Assembly (NCBI RefSeq): GCF_963921235.1 | Contig: NC_086107.1 | Location: 105,836,001 to 105,900,000 of the forward strand | Length of the DNA: 64,000 bases | Direction of reading: 5' to 3' | Origin: Mobula hypostoma | Taxonomy: Eukaryota | In this document: positions 40,134 to 50,702 of the stretch, piece by piece | How positions within the stretch are numbered: the stretch's first letter is position 1 | Layout: every line of letters starts with the position of its first letter | The notes under the pieces: generated by a model | What the model saw: the letters and a program-made list of their open reading frames with translations, nothing else | What the model was told of the DNA's origin: nothing | Databases searched by the model: none | Position numbers and translations under genes: made by a program

Positions 40134-40341
40134 CAGGGGTCCCCAACTAACCTGGGCTCCGTGGACCCATAAGGCCACAAGACATAGGAGCAAAATTAGG
40201 CCATTTGAACCATTGAGTTTGCTCCGCCATTTCATGATGATGATGATGATGATGACCACAATGATGATGATGACGATGATGGTGATGATGATGATGACCA
40301 CAATGATGATGATGATGATGATGACGGCGACGACGGTGATG

Positions 40342-40373
<32 letters not shown>

Positions 40374-40937
40374 GATGGTGGTGATGATGATGATGATGAT
40401 GATGATGCCGTCAACTCAGGCCTGAGAGGCCAGCGTCAGGCATTTTCATGCCTTGCAAGGCACGGATCGGAAGGCTGTGTGGGGCGCCACTCCATGCACA
40501 GACATTTTGCAGTATTTTTCTTTATTTTACGAGGTCAAGTTGCAAGCTTAACACTCAACTCAGCACGGATGGAAAGTGTACTTGGGAGCTGCCCGACTGG
40601 ATTCGAACCCGGGAACCTCCATTCCGGAGTCCGGCGCTGATGTCACTGTGCCACCATAGCTGGTACTTTTTTTCCTTCCTCCTCAACCCCAGTTCCCCGT
40701 AACCTTTGATACCGTGTCCAATCAAGAACCTATCAATTTCTGCCTTAAGTACACCCAACGACCTGGCCTCCACAACTGCATGTGGCAACAAATTCACCAC
40801 CCTTTGGCTAAGGAAATTTCTCCACATCTCTGTTTTGAAAAGGCGCCCCTCTATCCTGAGGCTGTGCCCTCTTGTCCTAGACTCTCCCCTCAGTTAATAG
40901 TAGGGGTCCATGGCATGAAGAAGGTTGGGATGTCCTG
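40134..40937. mobile_element. hAT MITE containing a CR1 3' end (40168-40890) that itself contains a SINE
   Basis: Perfect 8-bp TSD ctctagca at 40126-40133 and 40938-40945. Confidence 0.85.
40233..40662 (-). mobile_element. tRNA-derived SINE with an expanded (cat)n tail
   Basis: A box tggcacagtga and B box ggttcgaatcc on the minus strand; ~175 bp of (atg)n at 40235-40407. Confidence 0.85.
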
Positions 40938-41185
40938 CTCTAGCATTTCTTATGTTACTTCAGATTCCAGCATCTGCAGACTCCTGGGTCTTCCCGTGTG
41001 GTGGAGATGTGTGACTCCTTCACCATGCGGGATTCCACACTGCCGGACAGACCACGGAAGATGCGAGTTCCCCTCCGCTTACGCTTCCACTCACGCCCGC
41101 GTGTTTCCCAGCCACGGAGGCTGAGCCGGCCTGGAAGAGAACCCGGGCAAGTGCCGAGGTGGGTAATGGATATCCACTGCCCACC

Positions 41186-42343
41186 TCACTCCCAGGGACA
41201 CGGCCATTCCTACAAACGTACCGGGGAGAGCATCCTGACAGGTGTCACTGGAACGTGGAGTCAGCTAGCTTCCTAGCGAGCTGAACCCTCCCACCATCGA
41301 CGACATGTCCAAAAGGTGGTGCCTCAAAAAGTTGGCGTTCGCCATCTGGGACCCTCACCATCTGGGCAATGCCCTCTTCTCAAAACTACCACTGAGGAGG
41401 AGATACAGGAGCCTGAAAACCTTCACTCTACAGTTTAGAAACAGCTTCTTCCCCTCCACCGTCAGATTTCTGGATGGTCCATGAACCCATAGGCAGTACC
41501 TCATATTCTGATTTCTTTTTGCACTAATTATTTGTTTGTATCTTGTTTATTTATTTACTTATTGTAACTTATGTTGGCTGCCCGTCCTATCCAACAATGA
41601 CAGGAGACCTATACGGGAGTGTTGGGCCCGTGGCCAAGTGGTTAAGGCGTTTGTCTAGATGTGGCAGTGTGTTTGTGTTTGTGTCTTTGAGCAATCACAC
41701 ATTGCTCTAGTCTGTGTGAGGAGTGGCGCCCCACACAGACTTCCAATCTGCGCCTTGTAAGGCATGAAAATGCCCGACGCGGACCTCTCATGATCTGAGC
41801 CGACGTTCCCTCCTATGCCGGAGAGTTTTTAAAGAGCGAAAGCCCTTGCACTGTACAGCAGTTCCACTCTCTCAACCTCAGAAGTCCGGGTCCAGGGGTA
41901 CGAACAAACGTCACAAACTGGGGTCTTGCAGTGGACGACCACGATGTCTGCTGTGCCTTGTCGTGCGCTCCGCTCTCCACGGAGCGCGGCAGAACCGCCT
42001 TCCTCGGCGTATAGGATCTCGTCCATCCAGCCCGCCAGAGCTGACTTCACATGCTGGGACAGGTATATCCCTGTCTCACCGGGGTATGAGGCCGCCGGCT
42101 ACCCTCAGCTGATTTAGCCCGCCTGTGGAAGCGGTGTGCCGGGGTGTGGCCGTCGTCCCCACGCAGACAGGTTCTCAGAGCCGCGTGTCCGGCGGGGACC
42201 AAAGCCGGGTGAGCCGCCCCGGAATGGACACGTCAAGCCCCTTCACCAGAGGTGCTACCCCTCCCTGAACTCCCTGCTGCACTGTACCTCCACCTCAAAA
42301 AACAAACAGGGTTCATGACAGTGACGATAAACCGGATTCCGAT
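41186..42343 (+). mobile_element. Rex1-like LINE 3' fragment interrupted by a minus-strand RTE-derived element (41573-42260), itself holding a tRNA SINE (41624-41812)
   Basis: FRNSFFP motif; tail resumes at ~42270; SINE A box tggccaagtgg; degenerate TSD cctatacgggag / cctatgccggag. Confidence 0.75.
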
Positions 42344-42445
42344 GCGTATTCAGTACACGCCAAGCGGATTCGTGGTTGCGTGAGGCGTGCGAGGCGGAGA
42401 GGGGCAGATGAGCGAGTGATCCAGAGGGTACAAGAGGCGTGAGAG

Positions 42446-42589
42446 ATGCCGGGGGAGGGAGACGATTACTGGGGACAGTCCTCGGCTTCAGCCACCCAAA
42501 CAGAGGTACTGTCAGGAGCTGTGGAGACAACACCCCTCCAACGGAGTCCAGAGAATTCTACTCCAGCACAGGTCTCGACTGACCATTGA
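42446..42589 (+). other. Orphan 47-aa ORF followed by an AT-rich tail with AATAAA
   Basis: MPGEGDDYWGQSSASATQTEVLSGAVETTPLQRSPENSTPAQVSTDH*; no recognised homology. Confidence 0.25.
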
Positions 42590-43379
42590 CCTACTCCACT
42601 GATAGACACTTTAATTATAGAACCCTTCTTATTCTTATTCGAGTTGCTTTGCACTATCAACCCAATTATTAATACCGTTAATGTATATTAATTTATGTAC
42701 CCTAAATTATAGCACTGCTTGAATAAATGTTACCTTATTTCTCTTAATTATCCTGTCACATAATCCACTATCTTACCTAACATAAATATGGGAACATCAC
42801 ACAAATTAATTACCTTAATTAGCCTAATTGTAGCATTCTCATCATTATTATTACCTTATTTACCTTAATGCTGGTGCCCCATAAAACCACCTAAATGATA
42901 GAAACATTATTACCTGATTTATCCTAATAGACGTCTTACTAATTCACCATAAAGTTGAGCCTCATTAATTTTATTAATTATCTTAATAAATTGTGACACA
43001 AATTTCCCCAATTCCAGAGCTGCAGTTACTTGTTTTTTTCTGAGAGAATGTTTCTGACTGATGGCAAGGCCCTGTTAGTGTTCTCCCTGCCTGTACTGTG
43101 GGGGTGTTTGTGTCCCTGTCTGTACTATAGGAGTGTGTGTACACATACAGGGGGTTGGGACCGATGGTGGTCCAATGTTTACTTTCAGGGGGTTGGGGCA
43201 GGTAGAGATCCAATGGTCATATTCAGGAGTTTTAATTGGGATGGGGCAGTTGAAAGACAAAAGGGTTTCCTTGGTGTCTGGGACACAGGTGCGTGGAAGT
43301 GTAACTTAGGGTGGGCGTTGCTTGCAAAATTCTATGAATGTCTTGTATCTAACGGACTCTCACAACAAAGGACACCAGC

Positions 43380-43968
43380 CCACTTTCAGACCCCACCTGT
43401 GCCCCTCACCGTCTCCAGTCCAACTATCCCTCTCACTTTATCCTTTTTTCTCACTGATACACACATTCCCTTTCGTATCCCTCTCTCTCTCTCTGTCTGC
43501 CTCTCTTTTTCTCAGTCTCTCTGCCTCTCTTTCTCTCTGAATTTATGTGTGTGTGTGTTTCTGCATGTGTGGATATTTGTCTCTGACTTTCTCTCTCTCT
43601 CTCAGTGCCTCACTCTCTGTTTCTCTGTGTGTGTCTGTGTCCGTGTCTCGCTCTGCATCTCTCTCTCTCTCGGTCGATCTCTCATTCTGGCTCCCTGTGT
43701 GTGTGTGTCTATGAATATCTCTCTCTCCCTCTTTTTGTCTATCTATCTCTCTGTCTCTCTTTCTCTCAATCTGTCTCTCTTTCTCTCTCTCTCTGCCTGT
43801 ATTACTGTTTTATGTCTCCCTCTGTCTCCATCCCTCTATCTCTCCAATCATACACTTTCTGTCCTTCTTCCTCCCATTCCACTTACTCTATCCCCTCTGC
43901 CTCTCCCACCCACAGCCCCTTCCCATTCCCCCTCTCTCTCTCCCACGCCTCCCCCGCCAGTCTCTCTC
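43380..43968. repeat. CT/GT-rich low-complexity tract
   Basis: Degenerate (ct)n and (tg)n runs. Confidence 0.9.
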
Positions 43969-45327
43969 CCATCCTTTGTGGCCAAATGTGCGGATGATAC
44001 GAGGATAGGTCCGGGGACAGGTAGTGTTGAGAAAGCAGATTGGAGGAATGAGTGAAGAAGTGGCAGATGGAATGTAGGGAAGGTCATGCGGTTTGGTAGA
44101 AGGAACAAAGTCGTAGACTAATTTCGAAATGGGGAGAAAATCCAAAAATCAGAGTGCAGAGGAACTTGGAAGTCCTTGTGCATGGTTCCCTACAGGTTAA
44201 CTTGCAGGTTGAGTCAATGGTAAAGGAAGCCAAATGCAATGTTAATGTTCATCTCAAGAGGACTAAAATCTAAGCACAGGGTTGTCATGCTGAGGCTTTG
44301 TAAGGCATTGGTCAGACCACACTTGGAGTATTGTGAGCAGTTTTATCAAAGAAAGGATATGCTGGTATTGGAGAGGGTCCAGAGAAGGTTCATGAGCATG
44401 ACTCTAGGAATGAAAGAGTTCATGAACGAGGACCATTTGGTGGCTCTGGGCCTGTACTCACTGGGGTTTAGAAGAATGAAAGGGGATCTCATTGAAACCT
44501 ATCGAATATTGAAAGACCTAGACAGAGTGAATGTTTCCTATAATGGGGGAGTCTAGGACCGCATCCTTAGAACAGAGGGATATCCAGTTAGAGCAGAGAT
44601 GAAAGGAGTTTCTTTAACCAGAGGGTAGTGAATCTGAGGAATTCATTACCTCAGCTGGCTGAGGAGGCCAAACCCCTGAGTATATTTGAAGCTGAGGTTG
44701 ATAGGTTCTTGATTATTCAGGGTGTCTAAGGTTATGGGGAGAAGGCAGGAGAATGGGCTTTAATGGGATAATAAATCAGCCATAGAAACATAGATACATA
44801 GAAAATAGGTGCAGGAGTAGGCCATTTGGCCCTTCGAGCCTGCACCACCATTCAGTATAATCATGGCTGATCATCCAACTCAGAACCCTCTACCTGCCTT
44901 CTCTCCATACCCCCTGATCCCTTTAGCCACAAGGGCCATATCTAACTCCCTCTTAAATATAGCCAATGAACTGGCCTCAACTGTTTGCTGTGGCAGAGAA
45001 TTCCACAGATTCACCACTCTCTGTGTGAAGAAGTTTTTCCTAATCTCGGTCCTAAAAGGCTTCCCCTTTATCCTCAAACTGTGACCCCTCATTCTGGACT
45101 TCCCCAACATCGGGAACAATCTTCCTGCATCTAGCCTGTCCAACCCCTTTAGAATTTTATATGTTTCAATCAGATCCCCCCTCAATCTTCTAAATTCCAG
45201 TGAGTATAAGCCTAGTCGATCCAGTCTTTCATCATATGAAAGTCCTGCCATCCCAGGAATCAATCTGGTGATGGATTGGTGGCACAGATTTGATGGGCCA
45301 AATGGCCTAATTCTGCTCCTATGGTCT
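43968..45327 (+). mobile_element. CR1 3' fragment with a nested minus-strand young CR1 (44782-45270)
   Basis: FVAKCADDTRIG, LVRPHLEYCEQF; nested ORF RLIPGMAGLSYDERLDRLGLYSLEFRR. Confidence 0.92.
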
Positions 45328-46545
45328 CCTCCCACTCACTCTGCTTCTCTCTGGCAGAAACAAGAGAAAACCTGCAGACGCTGGAAATCCGAGCAACACA
45401 CACAGAATGCAGGAGGAACTCAGCAGGCCGGGCAGCGTCTATGGAGAAGAGTGAACAGTCGATCGACGTTTCGGGCCGAGATCCTTCATCAGGACTGGAC
45501 AGGTAGGGGAGAAGTCAGAGTAAGAAGGTGGGGGCAGGGGAGGAAGAGGTACGAGGTGGCAGGTGCTAGGTGAAACCAGGAGAGGAAGAGAGGTGAAGTA
45601 AAGAGCTGGGAAGTTGATTGATGAGAGAGATAAGAGACTGGAGAAGGGCTGAAATCCAGATCGCTCTGGTGGATCTGAATTTTAAGCCTCTGTCGCCCTC
45701 TCCTGGCTGTGTTCAGTCAGTGGCGCTGAAACGTTCCAGTGAGCTGGCCAGAGAACAAAGTGCCAAAGTCCCCTCTCCAGAGGCCCCTCACCGACGGAAA
45801 CTATCAGCCTGCCAGAGATGTTCCCGTGTTGTTCATGACAGGAACAGGAAGGATTGTCCACTCAGCAAGGAGACAAAGTTTCAAGGCTCACGTATCAGAA
45901 TCAGTGTAATACATAGTAATAAAATATTATTGTTATTGTAAATTACAGTAAAGTTATTTATTTATATACACACATTTTAATTCCATATCCCATTCCCATT
46001 CTGACATGTCTATCCACGGCCTCCTCTACTGTAAAGATGAAGCCACACTCAGGTTGGAGAAACAACACCTTATATTCTGTCTGGGTAGCCTCCAACCTGA
46101 TGGCATGAACATCGACTCCTTTAACTTCCGCTAAGGCCCCACCTCCCCCTCGTACCCCATCCGTTATTTATATACACACATTCTTTCTCTCTCTCTCCTT
46201 TTTCTCCCTCTGTCCCTCTGAATATACCCCTTGCCCATCCTCTGGGTCCCCCCCCCCCACCCCGTCTTTCTTCCCGGACCTCCTGTCCCATGATCCTCTC
46301 GTATCCCCTTTTGCCTATCACCTGTCCAGCTCTTGGCTCCATCCCTCCCCCTCCTGTCTTCTCCTATCATTTTGGATCTCCCCCTCCCCCTCCCACTTTC
46401 AAATCTCTTACTAGCTCTTCCTTCTGTTAGTCCTGACAAAGGGTCTCGGCCTGAAACGTCGACTGTACCTCTTCCTAGAGATGCTGCCTGGCCTGCTGCG
46501 TTCACCAGCGACTTTGATGTGTGTTGCGTAAAGTTAAATAAGTCG
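45320..46545 (-). repeat. Right arm of the inverted duplication
   Basis: See 37475-39127; carries the same gtcgatcgac hammerhead variant at 45456-45497. Confidence 0.9.
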
Positions 46546-47118
46546 AGCACCTTCGCTCCGTCCGCCACATCAGACAGGATCTCCCAATAGCCACCCACTT
46601 CAACTCTGCCTCACATTCCCATTCAGATATGTTCATACATGGCCTCCTCTACTGACATGATGAGGCTAAACTCAGGTTGGAGGAGCAACACCTCATATAC
46701 CGTCTGTATAGTCTCCAGCCCCTTGGTATTCTCCACCTTCTGGTAGTTCCCTCCCCTTATCCCTATTTCACTCTGCCCCCTCCCACAGCTGCCTACCTCC
46801 TCCTTCTTGGTTCCGCCTCCTTCTACTACCTATTGTGTTTTCCCCTATTCCTTCTTCACCTTTCCTGCCTCTTCCCTCCCCCACCCCTTTATCTTTCCCC
46901 TTACTGGTTTTTCACCTGGAACCTACCAGCCTTCTCCTTCCCACCCTCCCCCCACCTTCTTTATAGGGCCTCTGCCCCTTCCCTCTTCAGTCCTGACGAA
47001 GGGTTCCGGCCCGAAACGTTGACCGATCTTTTCCACTGATACTGCCTGACCTGCTGAGTTCCTCCAGTGTGTTGTGTGTGTTGCTTTGACCCCAGCATCT
47101 GCAGAGAATTTTGTGTTT
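45981..47118 (+). mobile_element. Two adjacent Neptune-type Penelope 3' ends (45981-46527 and 46546-47118)
   Basis: RLEKQHLIFCLGSLQPDGMNID and EHLRSVR...ATHFNS...RLEEQHLI; second copy bounded by aaataagt direct repeats. Confidence 0.88.
46988..47025 (+). ncRNA. PLE minimal hammerhead motif with intact core
   Basis: cagtc CTGACGA agggttccggccc GAAAC GTT gaccg. Confidence 0.75.
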
Positions 47119-47417
47119 AAAAATAAGTGTCACCCACTTATGACAGAGATGAAGCTTATCTTTATTCTCCAGAGCAACAGATACAAAATACTGGAGGGTC
47201 TCAGCAGGTCAGGCAGCATCTATGGAGAGGAATAAACAGTCAACGTTTTGGGTTGAGACCCTTCATGAGGACTTGTGTGTGCTCTGGATTTTCCAGCATC
47301 TGCAGAACCCTTGGGTTTACTTTCCAGTGTTGGTTGGTTTTTGGAGCTCTCTTACTCAAAATCTGATTTTTTTAAATCAGGTGGGAAGAGGGAGAGAGAT
47401 ACCACGAACGGGAGGGG

Positions 47418-47740
47418 TACCAGGGGGCAGCACCAGCCCATGAGTCCTGACGAAGGGTCTCGGCCCAAAACATCAACTGTACCTCTTCCTAGAGATGCTG
47501 CCTGGCCTGCTGCATTCACCAGCAACTTTGATGTGTGTGGCTTGAATTTCCGGCATCTGCAGAATTCCTGGTGACCAGCCCATCATCGAAGGTACCACCA
47601 GGGGGCAGCACCAGCTATCACAGTAGGTGCCAGCAAGTGGCAGCACCAACCCATCACTGAAGGTGCCACCAGTCCATCACTGAAGATGCCAGCAGAGGGC
47701 AGCACCAGCCCATCACTGTAGGTGCCAGCAGAGGGCAGCA
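47418..47740 (+). promoter_or_regulatory. ~36-bp tandem repeat carrying CTCF-like motifs
   Basis: ccaccagggggcagca 47595-47610; ccagcagagggcagca 47689-47704 and 47725-47740; variants at 47418 and 47630. Confidence 0.6.
47442..47573 (+). mobile_element. Solo Penelope pLTR fragment with 10-bp TSD
   Basis: accagcccat at 47432-47441 and 47574-47583. Confidence 0.85.
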
Positions 47741-48289
47741 ATTATTCAATATCAGTTTCTGTGGTATGTTTGAACCTTAGGACTTTTCACAGGTCCTGGA
47801 GGTCCACATGGTTAGAAAGTGCCACCATAGCTCCTTATATAGAAAAGGAGGCCTTTCAGCCCATTGTGTTTATGCTGGCTCACAGAACAATCTGATTTCT
47901 GCACTAATTTCCTTGTATCTATGCTCCCATTAGTCCTACCCCTCACCCACCCCGCAGGGGCAACTTACAGTGGACAATTAACCCACGACCCTCACGCTTT
48001 TGGGATGTGGAAGAAAACAGGAGCACCCAGAAGAAACTCCACACCACCACAGGGAGGACCTGCAAGCTCCACACAAGACAGCTTCTGAAGGTCAGGACTG
48101 AGGCAACAGCTCTATTAACTTAGTCACTGTTCCACTCTCTCCAAAGCCTTCCGTAGTGACTCCCGGATTTGGTCACAGCACTTCAGAAGACATCAGAGAG
48201 GGAATTTTATCCAGCATGTAAAGAGGGATCTCGTGGTCCAAGCCCAGAGCTCCCTGAAAGTGTCTACACAGGCAGAAAACATGGTGAAG

Positions 48290-49205
48290 AAGATATAGGG
48301 CATGGGTGGCCATCAGTGGTTGGGGCACTCAGTATAAGAGTAAAGAAGTTAGTTGCATCTATATAAAACTTTGTTTGGACCGCTTTTGGAATATAGTACG
48401 AATCTGTGGTTGCCCCATCACAGGAGGTTTTGGAGAGAGTGCAGAAGATGTTCACTAGCATGCTGTCTGGATTAGAGGGTCTGAGATATAAGGAGAGATT
48501 GGACAAAAGCAGAGATGGTGCTCGGTGCTCGGTGTCGGAGGCTCGAAGTTTTCGGACGACTCAGAGTCGGACTGTGGTCGGGCATGGCAGGGAGAGTTTT
48601 CTTCCTTCTCCCGTCTGCGTGAGATGTGGGACTTTCGAGAGACTTTGAACCTTTTTCTACCGTGCCCATGGCCTGTTCTTCATCAAGTTATGGTATTGTT
48701 GCACTGTTGTAACTATATGTTATAATTTTGTGGTTTTTGTCAGTTTTTCAGTCTTGGTCTGTCCTGTGTTTCTGTGATATCACACCATCATTTCTTAATG
48801 CATGCATTACTAAACGACAATAAAAGAGGACTGCGTGTCCTCATAATCTAATCTAATCTAATCTAAACTAGAATTGATCTTTTTTCTGAAGCGTCGAAGG
48901 CTGAGGAGAGGCATGCTAGAAGTTTATAAAACTATGATCAGTAGGCTTTGATAAGATTGACAGGATCTCTCTCCCAGGGTAGAAATGTCATATACTGAGG
49001 GTGTTCATTCAGGGTGAGAGGGGGAAGGATTAAGGGGGATCTGAGGCGCAAATTTTCTTAGAGGGAGGCGAGTTCTGGACTGGGCTGCCAGGGATACGAC
49101 AGAGACACTGAATAGGATGTTAGACAGACACGTAAAAATGCAGGGAACAGGGTGAAATTGTACAGGCAGAGGGGACTGAGTTTAATTTAGGGTCATGTTC
49201 AGCAC
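48290..49205 (+). mobile_element. Old CR1 fragment with an insert (~48505-48865) ending in (taatc)n
   Basis: LERVQKMFTSMLSGLEGLRYKERLDK, resuming after the insert. Confidence 0.75.
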
Positions 49206-49489
49206 AGGCATAAAGGATACAGATAAAAGATTAAAAACACAAGAAAGTTTGCAGACGCTTAAAATCCAAAGCAGCAGTGCGCACACACACACACAAAATG
49301 CTGCAGAAGCTCAGCAGGTCAGGCAGCGTCTATGAAAGTGAATAACGTTTTGTACCAAGACCCTCCATTGGGGTCTCAGCCTGAAACGTCGACTGTTTAT
49401 TCATTTCCACAGATGCAGCCTGACCTGCTGAGTTCCGCCAGCACATTGTGTGTGTTGCTTGAGATAATAAGATTAGCTTTATCTGTCAA

Positions 49490-50028
49490 TAGACAATAGA
49501 CAATAGGTGCAGGAGTAGGCCATTCAGCCCTTCGAGCCAGCACCGCCATTCACTGTGATCATGGCTGATCATCCACAATCAGTACCCTGTTCCTGCCTTC
49601 TCCCCATATCCCTTCACTCTGCTATCTTTAAGAGCTCTATCTAACTCTTTCTTGAAAGAATCCAGAGAATTGGCCTCCACTGCCTTCTGAGGCAGAGCAT
49701 TCCACAGAACCACAACCCGCTGTGTGAAAAAGTTTTTCCACAACTCAGTTCTAAATTGTCTACCCCTTATTCTTAAACTGTGGCCTCTGGTTCTGCCCCC
49801 CCACCAACATCCGGAACATGTTTCCTGCCTCTAGCATGTCCAATCCCTTAATAATCTTATATGTTTCAATCAGATCCCCTCTCATCCTTCTAAATTCCAG
49901 TGTATACAAGCCCAGTCGCTCCAATCTTTCAACATATGACAGTCCCACCATCCCGGGAATTAACCTCGTGAACCTACGCTGCACTCCCTCAATAGCAAGA
50001 ATGTTCTTCCTCAAATTTGGAGACCAAA
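49490..50028 (-). mobile_element. Young CR1 3' fragment
   Basis: EGVQRRFTRLIPGMVGLSYVERLERLGLYTLEFRRMRGDLIE. Confidence 0.92.
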
Positions 50029-50454
50029 AATGTACACTTCAAAGCGTACAGTGATAGGCATTGTTTAGGTCAAATCAGCGGGCATAATGTTCAGCTGCCC
50101 TCAAGTTTTGCTCTGCTTCTGGAGTCAACATAGCATGCCCAGAGCTCATTAACCCATTGGACTGTGGGAGGAAACAGGAGCACCCGGAGGAAACCCACGC
50201 GGTCAGGGGGAGAACGTACAAACTCCTTACGGGCAGCGGCGGGAATCGAACCGAGGTTGCTGGCGCTGTAAAACGATTGCACTTAGGGCTGCGCTAGTGT
50301 GCTGCTGTCATGATGGGCCGAAGGGCCTGGTCCTGTTCTGTGGTAACACAACCACTCACCTCTGTCCGGGAACTGGGGAGTGTCAAGTACAGAAGGGACC
50401 AGAGCTGAGGCAGTGAGTGATACGGAGATGTCGCCAAGACAGAGGACCGAGATC

Positions 50455-50702
50455 ACAGTTCACACAACATCGATTTATTGCATATTACACAGATTGAAGA
50501 ACCACAACATGGACAGGGTGCCATCAGGCTCCCTGCACAGACAGACACGAAGCAAACAGTAAAGCTTCTAGTCAACAGGATGACCACAAAACTAGTTACA
50601 GCTGAACACAGGAGTGGCGGCGACCTCCGCTGGGGCCAGGCTCTCGCCAGCTCACCTTCTCTCAATTCTTGCCTCTCCAGTGTTTCCCCTTCTTTGCTTT
50701 AC
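50455..50702 (-). other. Candidate terminal exon encoding (G)KAKKGKHWRGKN* plus 3' UTR
   Basis: Branch-like ttaac plus acceptor ttatctcttccttcacttgcag; TGA at 50662-50664; AATAAA at 50474-50479 with GU-rich downstream sequence. Confidence 0.45.

Noticed and set aside
40213..40425. Poly-Met / poly-Ser ORFs
   Set aside because: Expanded (cat)n SINE tail
42150..42260. HDV-like ribozyme at the 5' end of the RTE-derived element
   Set aside because: Only partial P1/P3-like pairing could be drawn by eye; the loop length is off and P2/P4 could not be assigned
42600..43000. Recognisable mitochondrial gene (NUMT)
   Set aside because: The base skew is mtDNA-like, but the frames I translated gave no mitochondrial protein and I saw no tRNA or control-region motif; not fully excluded without BLAST
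43030..44055. 341-aa hydrophobic ORF
   Set aside because: Runs through CT/GT low-complexity sequence into a CR1 fragment
48730..48770. V(D)J recombination signal (ggtttttgt nonamer)
   Set aside because: No correctly spaced heptamer, lies inside a repeat, and no Ig-like ORF nearby
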